Shown here one piece after another: positions 1 to 10,839 of a stretch of DNA of 64,000 nucleotides. The position numbers and the translations under genes are program-made. The stretch's first letter is position 1, and each line of letters starts with the position of its first letter. This DNA is from Zygnema circumcarinatum SAG 698-1b (Eukaryota; Plantae; Zygnematophyceae): positions 2,570,525 to 2,634,524 of the forward strand of contig CM074816.1 in assembly GCA_037447605.1 (NCBI GenBank). Reading direction: 5' to 3'. Under the pieces are notes generated by a model, which did not search any database, was not told the DNA's origin, and saw only the letters and a program-made list of their open reading frames with translations.

Positions 1-237
1 TATACCGACGAGTCTCCAGGAAATCAGTTTTATCTCAACGGGGAGGACGCCACTCTGAGGGCTCGCACTTATCAGAACGACCGCGGCGTCGACTTCTTCA
101 TCAATCGTTGCATTGTTCTCCCTGTTGAGGCGTTCTCCGTCGTCTACAACGGAAACGGGCCGTACAATGTGCCTCCCGACACAGACGGCATGTTTCCATC
201 GTCACGCCGCTGTGTTGTCTTCAAAACTGAATACTAG
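1..237 (+). CDS. 3' end of an unidentified protein-coding gene (partial, starts before the window)
   Basis: Frame 1 is open from base 1 to TAG at 235-237: YTDESPGNQFYLNGEDATLRARTY...RRCVVFKTEY*. Composition is protein-like; no family recognised. Confidence 0.45.
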   Translation, partial: YTDESPGNQFYLNGEDATLRARTYQNDRGVDFFINRCIVLPVEAFSVVYNGNGPYNVPPDTDGMFPSSRRCVVFKTEY

Positions 238-1132
238 AGTTGGCAGGGAGCCCCGAGTGGGCTGTGTGATGAGAGTCTAAAGTAAAGGATCGACAAAATG
301 ATTTTCTTTGAGTTTTGTAATTTGGGGGGGGGGAGGGGGGGAGGGGGAAAGGGGTTTGTTAAATCTGGAAACGAGTGCTCTGGCAAGAGTGACCTTCGAG
401 CGCATTCTGAGGGATAGGAATGTTGTGCCGCATGGAAGCTCGCGATATGTACACATGACCATTGTAAAGAAGTTTGATTTTTTTCCTATTTCGCGAGATA
501 CTCGTTACGAGTAACCTGATGACATGGCATTGATCATCGGATTCTTGCATGTGTGTGCTTGCTTTTCTGAGAACTTCTTTACGTAATTTGCAGCTTGTAA
601 CCTTCGTGGTTTCAAATGATCTATCCATAGAACCATTATGCTTTCATTTCTATACATTTTCGCTGTAAACAAGACCCTTTTGATGCCTTCATGATAACTC
701 CACATCAATTTATGGTCAACATAGTAAGAATAAGCCCAGAACATCACACATCTCTGTTGACGAATGTTTGGCGTTGCTTTGCAGCCCTACTTATCCCCTT
801 CAAAGCAGCCCACTGCGCAGAGAACAAGTGCCACCCCCAATCCCAACGAAGCAAAAGATGCGATTCTATACGAGTCGAAAACATTTCCGCAACAAGTTTG
901 GAAGCAGCCACAAAAGAAAAGTAGTCCGAACCTCAAATTCAAAACGGCAATCACAGACATCTTTCGATTATCCATGAAATCTTTATCTTATAAACCTCGA
1001 ATCCCAGAAACCTAAACCTTCAACCTCCACCGAACTCCTCCGACACTGAACATACATCCAAAGCCCAAAACCCCACCAGCCCTTACTCCCCCAAGACCCT
1101 AAAACCCTAACCCGGCTCCGAGATGTCTCCGT

Positions 1133-1802
1133 TTAGAAGCAGTAGTAGCCCGTGCAGTGGTTGCAGAGGAATATCTCCCCCTTGCAGGGGACCCCCGGGT
1201 AGCACCACTGCGGCTTGCAGGGCGAGCCCTTAGGGCAGCTCGTGGCCGTACAGTTGGGCTGCGCGCCGGGATTGACGCAGTGCCCGTTAAAGCAGTCCTT
1301 GCCGGCCGCGCACTTGAACCCGCACTTGCCGCAGTTATTCGTGTCACCAAACACCACATTGATGCACTTGTTGCTGCGAAGCCACCGCATTAAAAATGAG
1401 TGGAGGCCACCAAGACCGCATGTTCAGATGCATCCATGGATGCGGCAATTTCACGGAAGCAAGGTTAAGTGGGAGGAGAACAAGCCATGGGAGAGAGGCT
1501 CACTCGCAGCAGGTGATGGCGTTGGGGTCGTAGACGCCCTGCTTGGGTACGAGGAAGTGGTTGAAGCTGGGGTCGTAGCAGAGGGTGGCGTTATCTCGGC
1601 AGTACTTGTGTTTTCCCACTCCCGGCGGGTGCTTGCCTACGCCCGGCGGATGCCGACCCAGGAGGCGCCGCCCGAGGACGAGGGGCTCCTCCGCCATGGC
1701 GCCCTCCTCACTCGCGCTCTGCGGGAGGGCAGAGAGAGAGAGAAAGAGGAAAAGAAAGGGGAGCAGAAGGAGCTTTGCGGAGCTCGAAGGGAGGCCCGCC
1801 AT
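1133..1802 (-). CDS. STIG1-domain-like secreted cysteine-rich protein, copy 1 (2 exons, 179 aa)
   Basis: join(1802..1504, 1373..1133) with GTGAGC donor and TTCGCAG acceptor; 540 nt in frame. Hydrophobic signal peptide, RRLL motif, then TCCDNKCINVVFGDTNNCGKCGFKCAAGKDCFNGHCVN, which matches the STIG1 CC..C...D..NCG.CG..C pattern. Confidence 0.85.
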
Positions 1803-3112
1803 GGCTGCCGCTCGGCCGAACCACGCTCGCTCGATCAAAGCACGCACGTCGCGGTAGAGAGAGAGAGGGGGGGAGAGAGAGAGAGGGAGAGGGAGAGAGT
1901 GAGAAAGAACGCGAGAGGGGGAGAGTGAGACAGCGCGCGGAGCCGACGGAGCTTTCAGAGACGTCCCGCCGGCAGGGTGGGCGAGTCGAGTCCAACCCTT
2001 GTCCAATCTTGACTCACTCAATTCGTGCCTGCCAATTGAAAGATTTTTCAAATCGCTTTAGCCAATGGTAAAACGCCGCGTGGCCACTGACGTGGCTACT
2101 TCTCCCGGCCAAGAGTCGCACTTCGGTTACCAAATTTCGCTCATTGGGCCACGTCGGCACCACGTAGGATCCAGCGAGTCTAACGGCGAGCTAGAATTTT
2201 CTCGAACCGAGTTGTGCTCGAACTCGACTCGCCCTGACGGAGAGCGGCTGACAGCGCGGCAGTGGCGATAAGGCTTTTCACAAAACGAGTATATCGGCTG
2301 GACTTCGTTTCTGACCTGTTCTGAATCGGCAATATACCAATATTGGCAAATCTCGCCGAGGACAATCTGCGATGAACACGTGGCGTTTTTCCATTCGGTA
2401 AGTTTACTTCCAAATACCGGAACCGTACAGTTTTAACGCTACTCTACAGGCGCGGCCGGCGAAAGGCCTCGTCGTTGCCGTTGGCAAGACCGCCGAGGAC
2501 CATACGGCACCAATCAGAGATGAACGAAATTATGATGGCGGTCTCGCGTCAGGGCAGCAGCGTTGTTTTGCGCGTGAAAGCCGACAAAACAGCCGACTCC
2601 ATGCAGCCGTTAAACGGGGTGTAGAATCTCACATGGAGCACCGTTAGGCGTGATCTATGCTTTGAATCACTTTTTTTTGGACTCCGTGGAACGGGGCATG
2701 ATCATCATAGACCTCGAAGCCAGGACTGTGCTCTTAACGGGCTTGAACGCACACCCCTTCACGTTTTGGGTTAAAAATTTAGGGCACGGCCTGCTCGCTC
2801 TGTTTCTCTCCCTCTCTCTCTCCCGCTCTCTCTTTCTCTCTTGCCCCCTCCCGCTCTCTCTCTTTTGCCCCCTCCCGCCCTCTCTTTCTCTCTTGCCCCC
2901 TCCCACTCTCTCTCTCTCTCTTGCCCCCTCCCGCTCCCTCTCTCTCACTTCCCCCCTCCCGTTCTCTCTCTCTCTCTCTCTTGCCCTCTCCCTCCCCCTC
3001 TCTCTCTCACTCTCTCTCCCTCTCTTGCCCCCTCCCCCTCTCGCTCTCTTGCCCCCTCCCGCTCTCTCTCTCTCTTGCCCCCTCCCTCTCGCTCTATCTC
3101 TCNNNNNNNNNN

Positions 3113-3297
3113 AGCTACCGATGATGCTTCAGGTTTTATTCTCAGGTGAGTATTCCTACAATAAATTCTTCAGGAGACATTCAGCTCAACAGCTTAATAT
3201 TGACCCAGTAGCGAACACCTATTCATTTGATAATATATTATACACTTCTTTGCCCCCCTTCCCAGCAGTGGGTGATCTGACTCCGGAGCAATACTAA
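3113..3297 (+). CDS. Possible terminal exon of an unidentified gene cut by the N gap
   Basis: Open frame from the gap edge to TAA: LPMMLQVLFSGEYSYNKFFRRHSAQQLNIDPVANTYSFDNILYTSLPPFPAVGDLTPEQY*. No family recognised. Confidence 0.3.
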
Positions 3298-3818
3298 CTT
3301 TCGTTTGCTGCAAAAAGAGAGAGAGAGAGCTTGATCGAGAGTGAGAGAAAGAGGGGAATAAATTATCAAACCTTAGGTATCAATACGGTTCATTCTTTGA
3401 CTCGAACGTTTTGACTGGCCCTGTGAACCACTTCCTTGCATCGAACAGCCACCAAAGGAGCACAGTTCCCATCACTGCACTGAAAACTGCACATCCAATA
3501 NNNNNNNNNNGGAGGGAGGGAGGGAGGGAGGGAGGGAGGGAAAAAATGCGATTCTATACGAGACGAGAGCATTTGCGCAACAAGTTTGGAAGCAGCCACA
3601 AAAGAAAAGTATTCAGAAACTCAAATTCAAAACGGTAATCATAGACATCTTTCGATTATCCATGTAATCTTAATCTTATAGCCCTCGAATCCCAGAAACC
3701 TAAACCTTCAAACTCCACCGAACTCCTCCGACACTGAACATACATACATACAGACAACCCCGCCAGCCCTTACTCCCCCAAAACCCTAAACCCTGACCCG
3801 GCTCCGAGATGCCTCCCG

Positions 3819-4243
3819 CTAGAAGCAGTAGTAGTTTAAGCAGTTATTGCAGAGGAATATCTCCCCCTCGCAGGGGACCCCCGGGTAGCACCACTGCGGC
3901 TTGCAGGGCGAGCCCTTAGGGCAGCTCGTGGCCGTACAGTTGGGCTGCACGCCGGGATTCACGCATTGCCCGTTAAAGCAGTCCTTGCCGGCCGCACACT
4001 TGAACCCGCACTTGCCGCAGTTATTCGTGTCATAAAACGCCACATCGACGCACTTGTTGCTGAGTGAAGGCCATCAGAATCGCATGATCAGATGCATCCA
4101 TGGATGCGATATTTCACGGAAGAAAGGTGAAGTGGGAGGAAAGAAAGCTATGGGAGAGAAGCTCACTCGCAGCAGGTGATGCTGTTGGAGTTGGGAGATG
4201 CCTGACGGTAGACGAGGGCGAGAAGCTGGGGTCATAGCAGAGA
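3819..4243 (-). CDS. STIG1-like protein, copy 2 (5' part lost in gap; apparent frameshift in exon 1)
   Basis: Exon 2 at 4059..3819 is 241 nt, the same as copy 1 (NKCVDVAFYDTNNCGKCG...YYCF*). The donor is at the same position (exon 1 ends 4167). The exon-1 stretch after CYDPSF is 55 nt versus 59 nt in copy 1, so out of frame. The 3' flank (~3540-3800) matches ~860-1130. Confidence 0.75.
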
Positions 4244-4522
4244 NNNNNNNNNNNNNNNNNNNNNNNNNNNNNNNNNNNNNNNNNNNNNNNNNNNNNNNNN
4301 NNNNNNNNNNNNNNNNNNNNNNNNNNNNNNNNNNNNNNNNNNNCGTACGGTCGCAACTTCTTGAGGAACCCAAAATTTCGTACATTGAGATCTTCGACCA
4401 ATCAAAATTTTCCACGTCAAAATTGTAACACGTGGCAGATGTTGATTGGCTGGGAGCTAACAATATGCAAGATCTCGGGCCGAAGGACGCGCGCACTCGC
4501 AGGTGCGATTTGGCTTTGACGG

Positions 4523-5611
4523 GACTCGTGGGCGCTTTCCATTCGCTAAGATCGAGCCCGGCTGCAGATCGAACGGTGATCTGCAGTGGTGTGATCTGCG
4601 AGGGAAATCGACAGCTGCGATTGACACACACGTGTAAAGGACGGACACCCGCGAACGATCTCGTGGCGGACGGATCTTCCGCTCCGAGCGGATTCGGGCA
4701 GGCAGATATTTCTTTCCCTCAAAAAAATAATTCAGGGAGGCGGGATACAGTATTCAAAATGCGGTGACGGGGTATCATTTTCCTTGGTTAGAAAAAATAA
4801 AATCATCCGACGGAAGAAGGTGGGTATCGATTCCAAAAAGGTCTGAAAAAAGCATTTTCTGTTTTTAATCCCTTTTAAAATCTGCCCGGCCGGGAAGGGG
4901 TGTTTGGATCCAAAAAAGGGGTGGAAATATCACTACCCAAGAAAAATACTTCCTTCAACCTAATATCAGAACGAATACTCCAGAAAAACCATAGATCTGG
5001 TGAGAAAAGAGTACTCCCTCTAGACAGACAGAACCTTCAGGAATAATCTTCCGAAAGGTTAAGCTCTGGGGGGTGCGCTTATCCCCTCTGTACGGATTCT
5101 CCGCGAGGCCGCTGGGAGAGGCGGAGCCTTTGAGCCAATGCGCGTCCGCCACGTGGCGCTACCGCTGGCTGTACTGTGAACCGTGACGTGTCCTGGGAAG
5201 AGGAGGAAGCCATGGCGAACTGAGAAACTGAGAAAAAAATTGGGTAGTGATATTTCCACCCCTTTTTTGGATCCAAACACCCCTTCCCGGCCGGGCAGAT
5301 TTCCAAAGGGATTAAAAACGGAAAATGCTTTTTTAACACCTTTTTGGAATCGATACCCACCTTCTTCCGTCGGCTGATTTTATTTTTGCTAACCAAGGAA
5401 AATGATACCCCGTCACTGCATTTTGAATACTGCATCCCGCCTCCCTGAATTTTTTTTTTGAGGGAAAGAAATATCTGCCTGCCCGAATCCGCTCGAAGCG
5501 GACGTGCGTGACAATCGCATCTGTCGATTCCCTCGCAGATCGCACCACGGCAGGTCACCGTTCGATCTGCAGCCGGGCTCGATCTTAGCGAATGGAAAGC
5601 GCCCACGAGTC
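4523..5611. mobile_element. Foldback/MITE-like element with ~0.4 kb inverted arms
   Basis: 4523-4940 (gactcgtgggcgctttccattcgc...atatcactacccaa) is the reverse complement of 5240-5611 around a ~300 bp spacer. The right end runs into a gap, and part of the arm recurs at 5622-5685. Confidence 0.75.
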
Positions 5612-6380
5612 NNNNNNNNNNAAATCTGCCCGGCCGGGAAGGGGTGTTTGGATCCAAAAAAGGGGTGGAAATATCACTACCCAAAAAATTCGACCCTGCC
5701 CAACTGTCGCCACGTCGCGACAAAGTGTGCACGAACCAATCAGGAGCCACCGACTATTTGCCAACGGCCAGCGGGCGGCAGCGTCTGTCCACACTTGCCG
5801 ATATGCCAGCGACGCTGCGATATATTGGCTATATCCACCTCCCTCACTACCGTCCAAGCGCCAGAAGGTCAACCTCCCCTGTCGTTTAGTCGGTGGCTCC
5901 TGATTGGTCCGCTCAGGTCCACACCGAAACTGTTTTTTTGTGTAGTGTTGGCGCGCCCTCGAGCTGCCACGTGGAACGTCGTGTTCACATGCGATCATGA
6001 ATTCAAAAGACATTTTTTTTGTTTGCCATGAGCCTTCGATTCGCCAAGGAGCGCAGTACGGGCTCGATCCGTGTGCCATGCTCCCAGGCACGGCTCCAGA
6101 GAGGGAGAGAGGACGGGAGGGAGAGAGGGAGAGAGGCGGAGAGAGCGAGAGGGAGAGAGGGAGAGAGGGAGAGAAGAGCGAGACAGGGAGAGAGGGAGAG
6201 ATGAGAGAAGGGAGAAAGAGAGAGGAGAAAGGGAGATAGGGGGAGGAAGCGAAGTGAGCGAGGGAGAGGATGAGAGGGAGAGGGAGTGGCGAAAGGAAGA
6301 GAGGGGCGTAGATCTGCAGCTCGATGACAGGGAGAGACCCTAAGATAGAGAGAGGGATTGCTGGCGCAGTGCCCCGCGCC

Positions 6381-7832
6381 ATGGCGGTGAGATCTGCGGG
6401 TCTTCATCCTCAGAGCGCGCCGAGCCTGCATGGCGCCCTCTTGGCGGCCCTCCTCCTCCTCCTCCTCCTGAGCTCGTCTGCAGCTGCAAATGTCGGCGGG
6501 AGCTTCGATCGCGAGGAGGAGGAACTCGCCGACTTCAGATCCGTCCACGAAACCGAGCCTTTTTCAGTTTTTCAGGAACAACCAGTTTTTCAAGATGAAC
6601 CAGTTTTTCAGGAAAAACTGCCGGAGCCGGTTAAGGCGGGTTCTGGCTTGTTTGATTTCTGGAATGGCCCGCGTGGGGAGGACATGAAAAGTTGGAGCTT
6701 TGGAATGGGCTCTGTCCCACGTAGTAAAAAAAATATTTTTGGGTTTCCGGAGGCGGCCACGTTGCTCCGTCATTCTCTGAGGGAGGTCGGGCGGCTCTCA
6801 TGGCCATGGCGGCGGATGCTCAATGAGGACTCTGAACCCCCCACCTCTCTAGAGGATAGTCTCCATGACGCAAGGGTTCAGTTACAGTCGTCGTCGCAGT
6901 CCTGCCTGAAGCGTAGAGCGAGAGAGAAGCCGAACAATTTTACGGCTGCGGGTGAGAATGTGTTTTACAGGGGCGAATTCGGGTACGAGTTGCTCGTGGT
7001 TCTCCCCTTTGCGTATTTTCATTTCCTGAATGCGAGTCTTGGATCGACAACGAGCTGCGGCGATCCGTCGATGAAGATTTTCTATTTTTTCAGTCCAAGG
7101 CATTTTTTCAGTGCGCACTGTCATAGAGAAGACATCGCCAATGAGATCACTCCCTTCGGCTGGACCAATGGGCTCCATCTTAGTGCAATTCCGAAGGCTT
7201 GGAGCCCTCCCCCTTTAGCAGAGCACTACTCCTCTTGTGAGAAGGTCTGGGCGGAGGTCCCCACAGGAGCCAAGCTGGTAGTGATAGCGAACAAGTTTGA
7301 GAATGAATGGCACAGAGGGCCCTTGAATTACTTTGACCAGGAAAATCTCTACAAGTTAATAATGCGATTTTTGAATGCGGGGTTCTATGTGGTCTACAAC
7401 CGTGCTGGAAGCTCCACTGTTACTGACAGGTGGCAAAACCTGCCCGAAAAATGGCTGGTGAAGGTCCCCAACTTTGAAGACTACAAGAACATTACAGACA
7501 TGTACTCTCACCCAAAGTATGGCTCCCGCATTCGCTTACTTCAGGACCTCCATAAGCTGGTCCCGAAAATCTCCTACAACGAGCTGCAAGCTCGAGTGAT
7601 GGCCCGCTCAAAGTGCTTTGTGAGCGTGCAGGGCGGCACGAGCATCCTCTCGAGCTACTTTGGGGGCGCCAATATCGTCTTTGTGAGGAGAGGGCACGAA
7701 CTGGACGGCGACGTGTACAAGCGAGTGTACCCGAAGCTGTCGGGGGCTGACGTCATCATTGCGCGGAACTACCGCTCTGTCTTCGCAAATGTGAACAAGA
7801 TGATCAAGAAATTCCCATGTGCTTCTCTTTGA
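6381..7832 (+). CDS. Intronless membrane-anchored or secreted protein, putative glycosyltransferase-like (483 aa)
   Basis: Single long ORF from ATG 6381. N-terminal hydrophobic segment (ALLAALLLLLLLSS), low-complexity stem, then a globular domain with GEFGYELL, WSPPP, NKFENEW and FVSVQGGTSILSSYFGG motifs. The GT call is an inference from the type-II topology and motif style. Confidence 0.8.
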   Translation: MAVRSAGLHPQSAPSLHGALLAALLLLLLLSSSAAANVGGSFDREEEELADFRSVHETEPFSVFQEQPVFQDEPVFQEKLPEPVKAGSGLFDFWNGPRGEDMKSWSFGMGSVPRSKKNIFGFPEAATLLRHSLREVGRLSWPWRRMLNEDSEPPTSLEDSLHDARVQLQSSSQSCLKRRAREKPNNFTAAGENVFYRGEFGYELLVVLPFAYFHFLNASLGSTTSCGDPSMKIFYFFSPRHFFSAHCHREDIANEITPFGWTNGLHLSAIPKAWSPPPLAEHYSSCEKVWAEVPTGAKLVVIANKFENEWHRGPLNYFDQENLYKLIMRFLNAGFYVVYNRAGSSTVTDRWQNLPEKWLVKVPNFEDYKNITDMYSHPKYGSRIRLLQDLHKLVPKISYNELQARVMARSKCFVSVQGGTSILSSYFGGANIVFVRRGHELDGDVYKRVYPKLSGADVIIARNYRSVFANVNKMIKKFPCASL

Positions 7833-7939
7833 GATTTGTTGGAGTTTTGGCTGTCGAGTCCGTGCGGGCTTGGAAGGTGGGGAATAGAAACAGTGCAGGG
7901 AGTGACTTTGTCGTGCCCTCCCCCCCTCACTCTCCCTCA

Positions 7940-8440
7940 CTATCTCACTCTCTCTCTCTCCGTGTCTTTCTCTCTCGCTCTCCCTCTCCGTATCTCTCTC
8001 TCTCCCTCGCCCTCGCCCTCGCTATCTCTCTCCCACTCCCGCTCCCACTCCCACTCCCACTCCCACTCCCACTCCCACTCCCACTCCCACTCCCACTCCC
8101 ACTCCCACTCCCTCTCCCTCTCCCTCTCCCTCTCCCTCTCCTCTCCCTCTCCCTCTCCCTCCCTCCCTCCCTCTCCCTCCTCTCCCTCTCCCTCTCCCTC
8201 TCCCTCTCCCTCTCCCTCTCCCTCTCCCTCTCCCTCTCCCTCCCTCTCCCTCTCCCTCTCCCTCCCTCTCCCTCCCTCTCCCTCTCCCTCCCTCTCCCTC
8301 TCCCTCCCTCTCCCTCTCCCTCTCCCTCTCCTCCCTCTCCCTCTCCCTCCTCTCCCTCTCCCTCTCCTCTCCTCTCCCTCTCTCCCTCTCCCTCTCCCTC
8401 TCCCTCTCCCTCTCCCTCTCCCTCTCCCTCTCCCTCTCCT
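7940..8440. repeat. (CACTCC)n/(CTCCCT)n microsatellite
   Basis: Pure hexamer and CT tracts; these generate the spurious low-complexity ORFs in the ORF track. Confidence 0.9.
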
Positions 8441-9382
8441 CACTCATCTCTCATCTTGAACCCTCGCCTGAAGCCCTACCTCCAAAATCGCAAACCCTAA
8501 ATCCTACAACCTGAACTAAACCTACCCTGAATTTTCGGGACTCGAACGATTCCGCTATTGGAGGATTGTACGAGGGAGGAGAGAGAGAACGAGGGAAAGG
8601 CGAGATACTTCAAAGAGCACGACCTTGCCGCAGCTGACGCGCGCTTCCCTGAGCACAGAATGACGAAGACTTGTGATTACGTTTTCGCTGACGACTCATA
8701 CTTTCATTCCGAGTGAGTATGGCCCTCGCGTCCGCTCACTTCAAGAATTCCGTAAGTTGGTCCGAGAGTTTTCCTACAACCGATTGCAAGTCCGAGTGAT
8801 TTCGCGTGCTAAATACTTGTTAGAGTTCGAGGCGGTACTGGCATCCTCTCTCGAGCTGCTTTTGGGGCAACAACATTGTCTATGTAAGGAGGGGCCGCGA
8901 ACTGGAGGCCGACTGGATCCAACATCAGCAGTGTGCTCCTTTCGCTCGTGTGGGCAACACGGGCAATGAACTTCCATGTGCTTATCTTTGGAACTTGATG
9001 GTTTTTTTTGTCTTCTTGTTTGTCAAGTCTATTGGTGTTCGTTTTTTTGTGCGGACCTGGAGGGTGGGGAATAACAGCAAACTTTAAGTGATTTTCTCGC
9101 TCTACCTCTCGGCTCTCCGTCTCCCCCACTGCCTCTCGCTGCTCTCTCTGTGGTCTACCTTCTCCTCCCCCCTCCTCCCCACTTCCCTCCCCACCCTCCC
9201 CGACTCCCCCCTTCCCCCTCCCCATCTCCCCTCCTTCCCCCCACCCCCCATTTCCTCCCCCACCTCCCCCACCTCCCCCACCTCCCGCCTTCCCCGCTCC
9301 TACCCCTCTCCTCCCTTTTCCCTTCACCCTCCNNNNNNNNNNAGAGAGAGGGGGGACAGAGGGGGAGAGAGAGAGAGAGAGG

Positions 9383-9413
<31 letters not shown>

Positions 9414-9462
9414 CGAGAGCGAGAGAAAGAGAGCGAGAGAGAGAGAGAGAAAGAAAGAGAGT

Positions 9463-9501
<39 letters not shown>

Positions 9502-9545
9502 GGGAAGCTTCAAAAAAATATTCAGACAAGTGGGGGCTAGCGTAC

Positions 9546-10832
9546 CTTAATCATTACATTAGCGAGAATCTGCACATTCACTCTGCGAGGCTCAAACTGC
9601 CAGGAAAGTAAGAGAAGAGAGGAAGGGAGGAAGCGGGAAGGGGTCAGAATCCCAAAGAAAGAAAGAAGCGAGTGAGAAAGGGGAAGGGGGATCTACAACT
9701 ACCTAAAACCCTGAATATCCTTAACCTCAAAAGCACTAAGTTATGGGGGTTCAGGGCTCTGGAGGGAGGGAGGGAGGGAGGGAGGGAGGGAGGGCAGGGG
9801 AGGGAGGGAGGGAGGGAGGGCAGGGGAGGGAGGGAGAGAGGGAGGGAGGGAGGGAGCAAACCATCAGACCTGATAAAAGCGGAGCAGCGTCAAATTCGCC
9901 TCCAAATTGTAGCGCTTCTGGGCCACCTGCGCCGAAAATAATTTGGAAAAAGAAAAAAGGAGAGGCGGAATGATTACTTTCAGAGAAAATCCTGAAACAA
10001 AAGGAGAGAAAGAAAGAGAGGGGCCACGAGGGGAAAGAATACGAAAGGAACTAATGCGTGCCGCGTGTGTGGAGTCCAGAATTAGGGCTTCCGGTTCAGG
10101 GTTTAGGGTTCAGGGTTCAAGGTTCAGGGATTAGGGTTCAGGGTTTAGGGTTCAGGGTACAAGGTTCACGGTTTACGGTCTAGGGTTCAGGCTTCAGAGT
10201 TAAGGGTGTAAGGTTTAGGGATTTAGGGTTGCAAGTGCAGAGTAAAGGGCTAAAGGTTTAGGGTTCGGAGTTCGGGGTTTGGGCTTCATGGTTCGTTCAC
10301 GGTCAGGGTTTAGGATTTAGGGTTTAGGGTTCGAGGTTTATGGTTCGGGGCTCAGAGTTTAGGGCTTGGCGTTTAGGGTTTAGGGGCTACGGCTTGAACC
10401 CGAGGGTTCAGGGTTCAGGTTTCACTTTTTCAGGAACCAATGAATGGTTTGGATTACGGTGGAATTTTATGCTGTAAAATTGGAGTTTAGGAGAAGGCAA
10501 CAGGTCCAAGATTCAGAACTTCAAACCTCAAAATTTCCAGTCTAATGCTTCCGGTTCAGGGTTTCGGGTTTATAACACATGGAGGGTTTGCAGGGTTTAA
10601 GAATGGGGGGATTACGGATAGTATGGTTAGGGACGACTAGGACTGAAGAAAATTAGGGTTTAGATTAGACCACTGACGGCTGTCTATTAGGGTTTAGACT
10701 AGGGTTCAGAGAAAGCAGGGTTTAACAGAGGAGCCCTGCCTGGTCCCGCACGTGCTGCTCGAGGTCGGGCACGATGTCGGGGTTGTAAGAGTTCAGGGCG
10801 ATCAGCTGCTCCACGCTGTACGCGCCCGGCAT
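9546..10832 (-). CDS. eIF3k: Eukaryotic translation initiation factor 3 subunit K, first three exons (remainder not seen, probably in the gap at 9333)
   Basis: Exons 10832..10740 (MPGAYSVEQLIALNSYNPDIVPDLEQHVRDQ), 9926..9870 (VAQKRYNLEANLTLLRFYQ) and 9596..9546 (FEPRRVNVQILANVMIK). All are phase 0 and match the plant eIF3k N-terminus (YTVEQLVAVNPYNPDILPDLE...ANLCLLRLYQFEP). Confidence 0.9.
10080..10430 (+). repeat. Degenerate telomere-like (TTTAGGG/TTCAGGG)n tract in eIF3k intron 1
   Basis: Many imperfect TT(T/C)AGGG units; similar tracts at 14290-14500 and 18460-18580. Confidence 0.8.
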
Positions 10833-10839
10833 GGCGCCA

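Noticed and set aside
4931-5249. CACTA element (CACTA...TAGTG ends)
   Set aside because: The flanks are TAT and ATA, so there is no 3 bp direct TSD, and the inverted symmetry continues outward for hundreds of bases.
7817-8500. Long poly-LP/RG/ER/SP ORFs here and at 13630-14211, 14565-14870, 21706-22376, 31530-32363 and 34632-35957
   Set aside because: Stop-free translations of GA/CT/G-rich microsatellites, mostly intronic.
8540-9060. Remaining eIF3k exons or another gene's last exon (KISTWKFIARV... or VRTKKRTPIDL...)
   Set aside because: No frame matches the expected eIF3k continuation (ALMAMP...), and no family is recognised; insufficient support.
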